A DNA stretch of 64,000 nucleotides, from the NCBI GenBank assembly GCA_044070495.1, contig JBIPSI010000016.1:64001-128000 (forward strand). Direction: 5' to 3'. This DNA comes from Spirulina sp. Lineage in GTDB: Bacteria > Cyanobacteriota > Cyanobacteriia > Phormidesmidales > Phormidesmidaceae. Below the pieces are notes generated by a model. It was not told the DNA's origin. It saw only the letters and a list, made by a program, of their open reading frames with translations, and did no database searches. Of this stretch, positions 19,698 through 28,470 are shown one piece after another; the stretch's first letter is position 1, and every line of letters begins with the position of its first letter. The translations under genes and the position numbers were made by a program.

Positions 19698-21971
19698 TTA
19701 CAAGTCTCTGTGCGAGAGAAGAGATGCCCACCCCCCCCAAACCCCCCCAGGAAATTCTCCTGCGGGGGAAAAAGAAGGGTTGGCTTTTAGGTCGCTGTAG
19801 TTCAGGTAGCTTCCGTCCTTGCGCCAGCCGACGCGATCTGCAAAGTCTTCCCAAGTTTCTTCATGATACTTGCCATCGAGCGGGTTGCCGCATTCCACAT
19901 AAAGTTGCTTTTGTACGCTGAAGCCAAACTTGCCTTGGCTGTACTTCACCCATAGCCCATCGAGGTGCAGCAAATCAGGGCAAGGAAAGTTGAGTAGCTC
20001 ATTCGAGTAAAGAATTCGTCCAAACTCTTTGCCATAGGTTTGCAGCATCAAGCGCCAGGTTTCCTCATCGGATTCTCTCCATTGGCCCTGTTGCAGGTAT
20101 TCCTCTAGCTGGCCAAAACGGCGGATTTTGATATCGGCCACTAGGTCATCATCTAAACGGCGGCGGTTAACGCGCAGGCAATCGTAGGCTAGGGATGCGG
20201 CGGCGTGGCTGCGGCGATAGGCGGCACGGAGCAAGTTGGTGGGGTTGACCTGGGCAACGTAGAGCAGAACGGTGCCCTTCCAGTATTCGTTGTCGAAGTT
20301 TTGCAAAAGCAGGTCTTCGTAGCTGGGGTCTCTTTGTACCTGATCTTTGATTTGGGTGGCGGCTAGGTATTCTTGAAAGCTGCGGTGGGCAAATTCGTAG
20401 CCGTCGTCTTTTTTCACCAGCAGTTCGCTCACCCGTTCAATGGTTTGGAGAAAGGGGCGAGGGGCAACGGTTTCGTCCTGGTCAGCCAAGCCCTGTTGAA
20501 TCAAGTCGAGCAGGGCATCGACGGGAATCACCTGCTGTTCGGCCTTCACCATGGCCAGAGCGACGTTTTGTAACACGGCCTGACTCGCCTCGGCGGGCAG
20601 GGGCAAATCCACCTTTTTGGCCATGGGGCGATCTCCCAGTTGCAGTTTGCAAATGCCGGAATATAACTCGGCCTGACGCTGGGGCAGTTGTTCGTTGGGG
20701 TAGCTGCGGTGAAACATGGCGATCATATTCAGCATCAGCGGATTTTCGGCCATGCTTTCCAGTTCTGGGCGATTGTCGATTTGGCTCAGCAGGTTTTCGG
20801 CCCGTTGCTTGGCAGCTTCTTGCACATCGGGTGTCAGGCGGTTGCCCCGATGAAAGCGCTCTTGGCACAGATACCACTGCTCCACAAAGCGGCGGCGTTG
20901 GTCTTCGTCAAAGGGTTGCACGGCTAGGGGCGTTTGCACCCTTTCGGCGGAGTAATCGGTGTCGTAGGCGGTGGGGCGCGAGGTGAGAATAAACACCGTG
21001 TTTGGGTACGCCTGCATTTGGTGGGTAATCCACTGGCTAACGGCGGGGCGCTGGGCTTCGGCAACTTCGTCAAAGCCGTCGAGCATCACCAGCAGGCGTC
21101 CGGTGTGCAGCAGGTTTTCGGCCCAGGAGGTCGGGATATCTAGAGCCTTGCCCTGGGCTAGGGCTTTGGCATGATGCTGGGTGATCAGTTCTGGCAGGGC
21201 GGGGGCATTGGGCTGGGCAATCGTGTCTCGCCAGGTGCGGAGGTACAACAGCACGGGGATAAGGCGAGGGGCTTTGTAGCGACAGCGCACCAAGCGAGGG
21301 CGAGTGGCATAGAGATAGGTGAGGTGGCGCAGCAGGGTGGTTTTGCCAAAGCCGCCGTAGGCTTTGATCACCAAATGGCGAAACTGGGGCGTTTTGGCAC
21401 TGAGGGCGAGGATATCCCAAATTTGCTGGGTGGGCCGCTCCTGCATCTGCTGAAGGATGTCTTCGGGCTTGTCGCCAAAGCCGGGTAAGGTGGGCAGGGC
21501 TTGGCCTTCAAAATTACGCAAAAACTCACTGCTGAGCTTCAGCGGTACATAGACTTCATCCAGGTCAGGATTCAAAATGCCAGAGGGCAGGGGTACTTCG
21601 TTATGGCTCACATAGGCACGACAAGCGCTGGCCTGAGCTTTGAGGTACTGGCCTTCCGTTCCCGAAAAGCGCCAACGAATTGCCCGATCCAGCCGATCAA
21701 GGAAAGCGACCAAGGCATCGGCATCCTGGGTGCCACGCTCCCCGGCAATTTCCCCCAACCGAGCCGTAAAGTTGCCCGTATACCTGGCCCACACCGCCGT
21801 TACCACCATGGCCGGAAACGTGAGCATGGCCATCGCCCACTCTTGCTGAAGTAAAAAGTGTGCAAAGGCCCAGCCACTCCCCCCCAACGGGCTCCACTGG
21901 ATCAAGGCATCCACAGCCTTTTGTACGTAGCGACGTTCAGGGCTGGAATTCGGGGCAGGTGGCTGAGTCAT
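19698..21971 (-). CDS. NACHT (STAND) NTPase with N-terminal TM helices and C-terminal GUN4 domain
   Basis: VYVPLKL, Walker A AYGGFGKT, Walker B LVMLDGFDE, ILTSRP, NPLML, FAHRSFQEYL; GUN4 motifs WRESDEET, FPCPDLLHLDGLWVKYSQGKFGFSVQK, VGWR. Confidence 0.88.
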   Translation of the reverse strand: MTQPPAPNSSPERRYVQKAVDALIQWSPLGGSGWAFAHFLLQQEWAMAMLTFPAMVVTAVWARYTGNFTARLGEIAGERGTQDADALVAFLDRLDRAIRWRFSGTEGQYLKAQASACRAYVSHNEVPLPSGILNPDLDEVYVPLKLSSEFLRNFEGQALPTLPGFGDKPEDILQQMQERPTQQIWDILALSAKTPQFRHLVIKAYGGFGKTTLLRHLTYLYATRPRLVRCRYKAPRLIPVLLYLRTWRDTIAQPNAPALPELITQHHAKALAQGKALDIPTSWAENLLHTGRLLVMLDGFDEVAEAQRPAVSQWITHQMQAYPNTVFILTSRPTAYDTDYSAERVQTPLAVQPFDEDQRRRFVEQWYLCQERFHRGNRLTPDVQEAAKQRAENLLSQIDNRPELESMAENPLMLNMIAMFHRSYPNEQLPQRQAELYSGICKLQLGDRPMAKKVDLPLPAEASQAVLQNVALAMVKAEQQVIPVDALLDLIQQGLADQDETVAPRPFLQTIERVSELLVKKDDGYEFAHRSFQEYLAATQIKDQVQRDPSYEDLLLQNFDNEYWKGTVLLYVAQVNPTNLLRAAYRRSHAAASLAYDCLRVNRRRLDDDLVADIKIRRFGQLEEYLQQGQWRESDEETWRLMLQTYGKEFGRILYSNELLNFPCPDLLHLDGLWVKYSQGKFGFSVQKQLYVECGNPLDGKYHEETWEDFADRVGWRKDGSYLNYSDLKANPSFSPAGEFPGGVWGGWASLLSHRDL

Positions 21972-22199
21972 GGGCGTGTGGCGGCGGCGGGTTGCCTTCT
22001 ATTGTGGCCCACCCTAGAAAAACTGCATCTGCGGTTCTGTGCCCCCAAGACTTCACCCACCTCAGATTCATCGCCCAGCCCCAACCCTGGAGCAACCTGT
22101 CGTGAGCTTGCCAAACAGAGGGCCAAGGCCAGGAACTTGCCCTAGCCTTGGCCCAGCTTGAGGAATATGCCCCGGTGCTAGCTCTAAGATTCTAGGCAA

Positions 22200-22370
22200 C
22201 TAGCTGCCGTGGCAGCCGCAGCCCTTGTGGCCACAGCCGTCGCCGCTGGTGTGCCCGTTGGCGCAGGCCTCGCTGCAATAGTAATGGCCGTCTTTTTCTA
22301 GGGCTTTGCTGGTATCAACAATACACAGGCAAGATTCGCAGGCGCACTTCATTTGGGTTACGGCGGTCAT
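22200..22370 (-). CDS. smtA: Metallothionein SmtA
   Basis: Manual translation MTAVTQMKCACESCLCIVDTSKALEKDGHYYCSEACANGHTSGDGCGHKGCGCHGS (56 aa, below the ORF track cutoff); divergent from smtB. Confidence 0.95.
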   Translation of the reverse strand: MTAVTQMKCACESCLCIVDTSKALEKDGHYYCSEACANGHTSGDGCGHKGCGCHGS

Positions 22371-22393
22371 CGGGACTCCTTACATCCACAAGG

Positions 22394-22440
22394 ATGAATA
22401 GCTGTTCATGGGTTCATATTAACACCTGAATATCTGTTCA
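22394..22440. promoter_or_regulatory. Two SmtB-type operator inverted repeats
   Basis: ATGAATAGCTGTTCAT (22394-22409) and TGAATATCTGTTCA (22427-22440), matching the TGAA-N6-TTCA core of smt operators. Confidence 0.75.
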
Positions 22441-22541
22441 AGGGTAGAGAGTTTGTTAAGCTTTAATGAGTCCAACGTGTATCCCCAGGGCAGAGTTTCT
22501 GGGGGAATGCTAGGCGTGCGTGAACCCTTGTTGCAATTCCA

Positions 22542-22922
22542 ATGTCCCCCTTGCCCCACCCACCCACTCCTGAGTCTGATCCGCCCACCGTTGAGCCAAG
22601 GGCTGAGTTGGATCACCCGGGCCCTGAGATTCTGAGCCAAGAAAAGGCAGAGCGGATGGCGGAATTCTTTGGCGGATTGGGTGATCCGAACCGCTGGCGC
22701 ATTTTGTCGGCCCTAGCCTTGGGAGAGCGACGGGTGGGAGAGTTGGCGGCGGCGGTGGCCATGAGTGAATCGGCGGTGTCGCACCAGTTGCGAACCCTCC
22801 GCAATCTGCGCCTCGTGAGCCGCCAGAAACAGGGGCGTACGGTGGTGTATCGCCTCACCGATCACCATATTTTTGATCTCTACCATGCCGCCTCAGAACA
22901 CCTCGATGAACCGACAGACTAG
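22542..22922 (+). CDS. smtB: ArsR/SmtB Zn-sensing repressor
   Basis: [34 protein letters not shown], alpha5 site [17 protein letters not shown]. Confidence 0.9.
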   Translation: MSPLPHPPTPESDPPTVEPRAELDHPGPEILSQEKAERMAEFFGGLGDPNRWRILSALALGERRVGELAAAVAMSESAVSHQLRTLRNLRLVSRQKQGRTVVYRLTDHHIFDLYHAASEHLDEPTD

Positions 22923-23070
22923 CCTGATCCCCCCCGTTGAATGGGAAGAGGGCGGTGCCTTGGGAAACCCTGAGACAAGCCATGGCTTAGGGTAGACCCC
23001 TTCATCCGAAGAATGCGGTAATATCAGCGGAACAGATTGACCCGATTGACCTGCCGGAAGGAGATTCCCT

Positions 23071-23319
23071 ATGTTTCACCTCTATTTTGGGGCCTTTGAC
23101 CTAGTACTCTACCTGGGGGGCATCTATGCCGCCATGACCCTAGCCAAGGCCATCTGTGATCAGATGGATGCCGCCGAGGTTTCCCAGGCGGTGGATCAGG
23201 GGGATAAAACAGGGGATGCGGCCCGCGCCATGGCTCCCATGCAGCCTATCCCGGCTCACCTATCGGCTCCGGCAACGAAGCGCGAAGGCGTTGGCGTCAA
23301 AGTATCCGTGAATGGATAG
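23071..23319 (+). CDS. Small hypothetical membrane protein
   Basis: GGAG RBS, hydrophobic N-terminus, 82 aa. Confidence 0.55.
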   Translation: MFHLYFGAFDLVLYLGGIYAAMTLAKAICDQMDAAEVSQAVDQGDKTGDAARAMAPMQPIPAHLSAPATKREGVGVKVSVNG

Positions 23320-23593
23320 GATATTTGAGCGATAGCCAACGCATGAAGGTATCGAAATGTAACTCAAATGCGTAGTTTTATTTCCTTCTGTAGCGATCTG
23401 GATAACAGGTCGTTTTTTTATGACAAAAGGCATCTAAAAAGCGTAGTTTTAACCACGTTTTTTGTGGCGCAAACGTCCAATCTGAACTACTTTTTGGCGA
23501 ATCTAGAGAGATTATTAAAACGTAGTCCAAGGCATAAACTTTGGTAGCTGGGGTTGTTATGCCTAGGGGGCCGTTTGCTTAGGAGGGTAGCCG

Positions 23594-25183
23594 ATGACCT
23601 ACGCCGTTCAGACCGATTGCGTTGCCTGCGATCAGTGCCGCCCCACCTGTCCCCAGGGAGCCATCAAGCCATCGGAGGAGGGCTACTGGATTGACCCCAC
23701 CCTCTGCGACCAATGCCCTGATGCGGAGACGCCCCCCTGCGTAGCGGCCTGTGATCTGGGTGCCCTGGCCCCTTTGCAACCGAAAAAGGGGCGTCACCGC
23801 AGTACGCTGCTCCCGGCGGCCATCCCTAGCATTTTCCTGAACGGCAAAACCACCCCCTTTGCCTCCTCCATGGTGGTGTGGGAGGCCTGTAACCTGTTGG
23901 CCCAGCGCCAGTCCCTCCCCTGGCAGGCCGATAAAGACCAGCGCCTTTGCTATCTGCGCACTATTCACCGGGGACGGGGCACCCTGCGCCTGCGCCTCGC
24001 CGCTAACCCGGAGGATCCCCAACCCCAACCCCTGGGCTATGAGGAGGGGCAAGGGGTTCTACAGCAGATGGATCTGCGGGCGGCCTGTCTCCACCTCATC
24101 TTTGCGGCCCACGCCACCACCCTCGACCGACCCTGGGATAGCCCCTTCGTCATCAACGATCAACACATTGAAGCCTACCTAGGACTGAATCGCCGCAAAG
24201 ACCTCAGCAAGCTAGAAAAACTCACCCTGATTAAAACCTTGGTCTACCAAGCCTGCCAACCCCTCGTCTGCCTCGACTGGCCTCGCCAAGGACGGGTACG
24301 GGGCTTTTCCCTACCAGAACATCCGGTGTGGCAGCACCTAGACACCCAGTACTATTTCGAGCCCGACGCCGAGGGCAACCGCCACCTGATTGGCCTCAGC
24401 TTTACCCTACAGGCAGGGCTATGGAGTCGCTACTTCCTCAATCGGCAGGACTACCGCAAACAAACGGCCTTCTACCAGTACGGCACCCTGCCCCAGTCGT
24501 TGATTACCGAGGTGATGGGCCACTGGCAACAGCACGAAGGAGCTGTGCGTCTGCTGCTGTGGTTGGTGTTTAAGCTACGCCTTGGTCAAAATCACCGCAT
24601 GACCGTGCGCACCCTGCTACGCATTGCCTACGGCGAAGAACGCCTCACCACCGCCATGACCGTGCGTGGTGCCCACAAGCGGCTGCTGAAAACCTTCGAG
24701 ACCGACCTCGAAACCCTCCACCACTACGGCCTCAGCCCCCAGTTCGACCCCGAAACCTATGGCCCCGATATTCAGCCCCTGTGGGCCAGGGTGGCCGATA
24801 TTCCCGACGATGCCGACGATGCCCTCGACTTCTGGGCCAACGACGCCCACCAAGACCTCAGCCTCACCCAGCGCGCCCCCCGCGACAAATGGCCGCGCCT
24901 GCTGAACGCTCGCATCCTAGGGTTTGACCTCGCTCCAGACTGGCAGCAGCCCAGCCTCAAGCCCCACCGCCGCCGTCGGCCCAAGGCCGATCCTCACCCC
25001 GCTGGCCCACCCCTCTCCACCGATACCATTCGCCAGGCCCGGCAACGGCTGCAACTTAGTCAGCGCGACCTAGCCCAACGGCTGGGCAAAAGCCAAAGCT
25101 GGGTGCGAGACGTGGAAAAGGGACGTTTTCAGATCAGCCCCGACGATCAAGATCGCCTGCGCCGCACCCTAGAGTTGGGTTGA
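23594..25183 (+). CDS. cnfR: Nitrogen-fixation transcriptional activator CnfR/PatB
   Basis: N-terminal 2x[4Fe-4S] (CVACDQCRPTCP, CDQC...C...C), NGKTTPFASSMVVWEACN, C-terminal XRE HTH (LSQRDLAQRLGKSQSWVRDVEKG). Confidence 0.9.
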   Translation: MTYAVQTDCVACDQCRPTCPQGAIKPSEEGYWIDPTLCDQCPDAETPPCVAACDLGALAPLQPKKGRHRSTLLPAAIPSIFLNGKTTPFASSMVVWEACNLLAQRQSLPWQADKDQRLCYLRTIHRGRGTLRLRLAANPEDPQPQPLGYEEGQGVLQQMDLRAACLHLIFAAHATTLDRPWDSPFVINDQHIEAYLGLNRRKDLSKLEKLTLIKTLVYQACQPLVCLDWPRQGRVRGFSLPEHPVWQHLDTQYYFEPDAEGNRHLIGLSFTLQAGLWSRYFLNRQDYRKQTAFYQYGTLPQSLITEVMGHWQQHEGAVRLLLWLVFKLRLGQNHRMTVRTLLRIAYGEERLTTAMTVRGAHKRLLKTFETDLETLHHYGLSPQFDPETYGPDIQPLWARVADIPDDADDALDFWANDAHQDLSLTQRAPRDKWPRLLNARILGFDLAPDWQQPSLKPHRRRRPKADPHPAGPPLSTDTIRQARQRLQLSQRDLAQRLGKSQSWVRDVEKGRFQISPDDQDRLRRTLELG

Positions 25184-25190
25184 CGCGACC

Positions 25191-25472
25191 CTACTTCTGA
25201 CCTCGATTCTCCAGCCACAGCAACAACCCTACGGTGCCCAACACCCCAAACTGAATCAGCAGATTCAGCCCCAAATCCTCCGTGGCTCGGCCTGCTAGCC
25301 CTTGGGTAACCATAATAAAGGCTCCAATGGCTGCCGAGGCCCCCGCCGTCAGGTATACCACCCGCCGTAACCCCCGGTAGGGAGCCTTAGCCTCTGCCCG
25401 CAAACGGGCATATTTTTCAGGACTCATCCCCTGGGGTGGGCGTTGGGGGGACGGGGAATCGGGCCTAGTCAT
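25191..25472 (-). CDS. DUF3493 domain protein
   Basis: KYARLRAEAKAPYRGLR followed by two TM helices. Confidence 0.8.
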   Translation of the reverse strand: MTRPDSPSPQRPPQGMSPEKYARLRAEAKAPYRGLRRVVYLTAGASAAIGAFIMVTQGLAGRATEDLGLNLLIQFGVLGTVGLLLWLENRGQK

Positions 25473-25570
25473 AGCAGGACGCTCCTAAAAAATTTCCTCC
25501 CCAATCCCTTGGGGAAGGGGCAGTGCACAGACGACCCACCCTGTTATACTAATTGACTGTGAGATCCTAT

Positions 25571-25642
25571 GCCGATGTGGCTCAGTGGTAGAGCACTCGA
25601 TTCGTAATCGAGCGGTCGCGGGTTCAAATCCCGCCATCGGCT
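25571..25642 (+). tRNA. trnT: tRNA-Thr(CGT)
   Basis: Acceptor stem GCCGATG/CATCGGC, D arm GCTCAGTGGTAGAGC, anticodon arm CTCGA-TTCGTAA-TCGAG, T arm GGTTCAAATCC. Confidence 0.96.
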
Positions 25643-25923
25643 TAAACGCCATAACATTTGACTGGCAAGGGTTTCAAGGTGAATTAGCCTCGGTAGTGCA
25701 TTAATGCACTACCCTCACCTGAAAGCCATTAAGACCTATCAGCAATGGCTTTTGAGCAACCAGCGGCGTAAACGATAGTAGCTTGGGTGCTGAATTAGGA
25801 GTTGGCTTAGAGCCTGGTTCCGGAAATGCTGCGAAGCTTTGGATGGGGTTATGGTTCAGGAACAAACGTACTCAAGATGGATGGAAAGCAGTACACTCGT
25901 TCAGCACCATGAGCTAGCGCGTT

Positions 25924-26075
25924 ATGATCCACATCATTCGCCAGAGAGCAGAACCTGAGCAGATGCGTCAGATGCTAGAGGCGCTGGGAATTTACATTAA
26001 ACTGGCGGCAGATGTTAAGCGCCGCATTCTGGCTAGAGGAGGCGAATTGCAGTTCTATTGGACGATGGCAGCCAG
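25924..26075 (+). pseudogene. DUF5674-family gene fragment
   Basis: MIHIIRQRAEPEQMRQMLEALGIYIKLAADVKRRILARGGEL, after which the frame breaks. Confidence 0.6.
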
Positions 26076-26146
26076 CGCGGCCTGCCTATACTCTTGACGA
26101 GCAAGGCGTTTTCTAGCAAGCTTTGAAGGCTTGCCTGCACCTCTGA

Positions 26147-27358
26147 GTGAACCCGGCTATTTTGGCAATTCGGCTGCGCACGACAGTAATCGAGCTTTTT
26201 TCAACCTTCATTCGGTTTGCGGACGATCACTTTGAGGGTTGGGCTAGCGATCGGCGGCTGAAAAAGGCCATGGAAGACCGCCTGGGCCAGGCCGACGCGG
26301 CTGCCCAATCGGAGGGGTTTTGGGCGCTATACTGGCACAAATGCTGGCCGACCCACAAGCAGGCAGAGACCCATCTACAGGCCTATCTCCAGGAGCCCTG
26401 CTATTGGGCCACCCAACGGATCACCCAGCGCTTTGGCAGCGATCAGTGGACCCTGGCCGATGGCTTTCAAACGGCGATCGCCCACACGCCCAGCATTCTC
26501 AAGCGCTACCGCCCCGACTATGGCAGCGATTTGAGGGCCTACGCCCTAACCGCGTTTGGCAACGTAGTGCGCGACCAGATGCGGCAGCAGCAGACGGCTA
26601 ATATTTGTAGCGATTGGGGCCTGTTGCGACGGCTGAGCCGGGTGCAGGTGCAGCGATCGCTGGAGGCCGCTGGAATTACCCAGACCGAGGCGGCCATTCT
26701 ACTCTGGCAGTGCTTTAAAGCGGTTTGTCGGCCCGATCCCCAACGCTCGGTGCGGGCGCTACCGTCGTCACCCCCCGACCAGCTGGCCCAAATGGCGGCG
26801 CGCTACAACCGTCTGCGGGTTCAGCTCAGCCCCATCCCTCCCCGGTTGGAGGACGAGGATCTGGTGGGCAAGCTTCAGCAAATTGTGCAAGCGGCCCGTG
26901 CCCACCTGGTGCCAAAGGTGACGTCGCTGAACGATCCTCAGTTTGACCACGGGGCGCACGAGCAGATCGAGAGCTTGATCGGTGATGATGTGCCGATGGC
27001 TCGGCTCTTGGCGGAGGAAGCCTATGCGGAACAGCAGCGGCGGGTACGGCAGATGGAGGAGGTGCTGAAGAATGCGATCGCGGCGCTCCCCCCCGCCGAT
27101 CAGACCTTGCTGCGGCTTTACTACCAGGAGCAGTTAACCCAAACGGCGATCGCCCAGCAGCTCCACATTCAGCAGTATCAGGTGTCGCGGCGGCTGAACC
27201 GGGTGCGCCAGCAGTTCCTGGCCGAGGTGGCTCAATGGAGCCAGGAAAGCCTGCATATTGCCCTGGATTCTGCCGTACTAGGCAGTATGAGCGACGCGAT
27301 TCACGAGTGGCTACAGCGGCGTTACGCAGCAGAGGATCTAGATGAGTTTGGTGTTTGA
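26147..27358 (+). CDS. Sigma-70 family (ECF-like) sigma factor
   Basis: ELFSTF, HLQAYLQEPCYW, DWGLLR; region-4 HTH LLRLYYQEQLTQTAIAQQLHIQQYQVSRRL. Start uncertain. Confidence 0.85.
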   Translation: MNPAILAIRLRTTVIELFSTFIRFADDHFEGWASDRRLKKAMEDRLGQADAAAQSEGFWALYWHKCWPTHKQAETHLQAYLQEPCYWATQRITQRFGSDQWTLADGFQTAIAHTPSILKRYRPDYGSDLRAYALTAFGNVVRDQMRQQQTANICSDWGLLRRLSRVQVQRSLEAAGITQTEAAILLWQCFKAVCRPDPQRSVRALPSSPPDQLAQMAARYNRLRVQLSPIPPRLEDEDLVGKLQQIVQAARAHLVPKVTSLNDPQFDHGAHEQIESLIGDDVPMARLLAEEAYAEQQRRVRQMEEVLKNAIAALPPADQTLLRLYYQEQLTQTAIAQQLHIQQYQVSRRLNRVRQQFLAEVAQWSQESLHIALDSAVLGSMSDAIHEWLQRRYAAEDLDEFGV

Positions 27359-28466
27359 CAATCCGGTGCAGCCCGTTCTGGCGATGCCGCCCGATATGGC
27401 CCTGTGGCAGCAGGGCGAGGCGATTGCAGACCCGGCGGCCCGCTGGCGCGTCTACCTGCATCATCTGGGATTCGCGGCCCTGCAAGCCTGGGTACAGGAG
27501 GAATGGGATCAACCGCTGCGGCTCTGGCCCGTCAACGCAGCGGAGCTCTGGCCGTGGGTGGAGGGGCTGGCCCTGGGGCTGGGTGATCGCCGCCTGGTGG
27601 TCATCCTCAGCGAGGCGATTGATGCCAGTGCTCTGACGGTGCCCCAGGAGTGGGTCGATATTCCCGGTTGGGCGGCGGACTACTACCTGGCGGCCCAGGT
27701 GGATGTGGACGAGCAGCGGCTGGTGCTGTGGGGCTATGGCACCCACGCCCAGGTGAAGACTCAGGGGCACTACGAACCGAGCGATTGCACCTACAGCCTG
27801 AGCGACGACGACCTAATTCAAGATTTTTCGGTCTTTTGGGTAGCCCAACAGCTCGAACAGCCCCAAACCTTTTCCCTGCCTGAGTTGCCTCCCCTCTCAG
27901 AGGCCCAGGCCGAGCGCCTGATCGATCGGCTGGTCTATGCGGTGGAACCGAGACTAGAAATTCCCTTTGAGCAGTGGGGGGCGCTGCTCAGCGATGAGGG
28001 CTGGCGGCAACGGCTCTGGCGACAGCGGCGGGGGATGGTGGACCTGAGCGGCTGGCTGAGGGATTTGGTAGAACCGGGCTGGCGATCTCTGACTTCGCTG
28101 TTGCCCCGCACTCCGGCTTTGGGGTTTCGCTCCAGCGGTACTCAAAGTGCGACGGTCAGTCGGGGCAAGGCCATCTGGCTCAGTCCTCCCGACTGTTTCC
28201 TAGTGCTGGGCCTGCGGGTGACACCCACCGAGGATGATCGCCGCCGTATTAGCGTGCAGCTCTTTCCCACCGATGTGGACCTGCTGCCTGTGGGCATGAC
28301 CCTGACTCTGGAACTGCCGGAAACCGGAGAGCCCCTGCAAACGGTGCAGGCGGGGGGGCAGGACAACTATATACAAATTCCCAGTTTTCGCTGTCCGCCG
28401 GGGCAGCGGTTTCGGGTGAGCATTCAGCTGGCAGATGCTATCGTGCAGGAGGACTTCGTCAGCTAA
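27342..28466 (+). CDS. DUF1822 family protein
   Basis: VPQEWVDIPGWAADYYLAAQVD, WGYGTH, LSGWL...GW, C-terminal beta domain (DNYIQ); overlaps the sigma stop. Confidence 0.85.
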   Translation: MSLVFDNPVQPVLAMPPDMALWQQGEAIADPAARWRVYLHHLGFAALQAWVQEEWDQPLRLWPVNAAELWPWVEGLALGLGDRRLVVILSEAIDASALTVPQEWVDIPGWAADYYLAAQVDVDEQRLVLWGYGTHAQVKTQGHYEPSDCTYSLSDDDLIQDFSVFWVAQQLEQPQTFSLPELPPLSEAQAERLIDRLVYAVEPRLEIPFEQWGALLSDEGWRQRLWRQRRGMVDLSGWLRDLVEPGWRSLTSLLPRTPALGFRSSGTQSATVSRGKAIWLSPPDCFLVLGLRVTPTEDDRRRISVQLFPTDVDLLPVGMTLTLELPETGEPLQTVQAGGQDNYIQIPSFRCPPGQRFRVSIQLADAIVQEDFVS

Positions 28467-28470
28467 TGCG

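Noticed and set aside
23594..25183. nif gene cluster
   Set aside because: Only the regulator cnfR is present; no nif structural genes are in the window
26085..26111. Fifth copy of the island promoter upstream of the sigma gene
   Set aside because: CCTATACT-N13-GCGTTT has the right spacing but five mismatches, too weak to call
26826..27770. Long antisense or alternate-frame ORFs (also e.g. 2193-2945, 33331-33990)
   Set aside because: Shadows of GC-rich genes with no recognisable motifs
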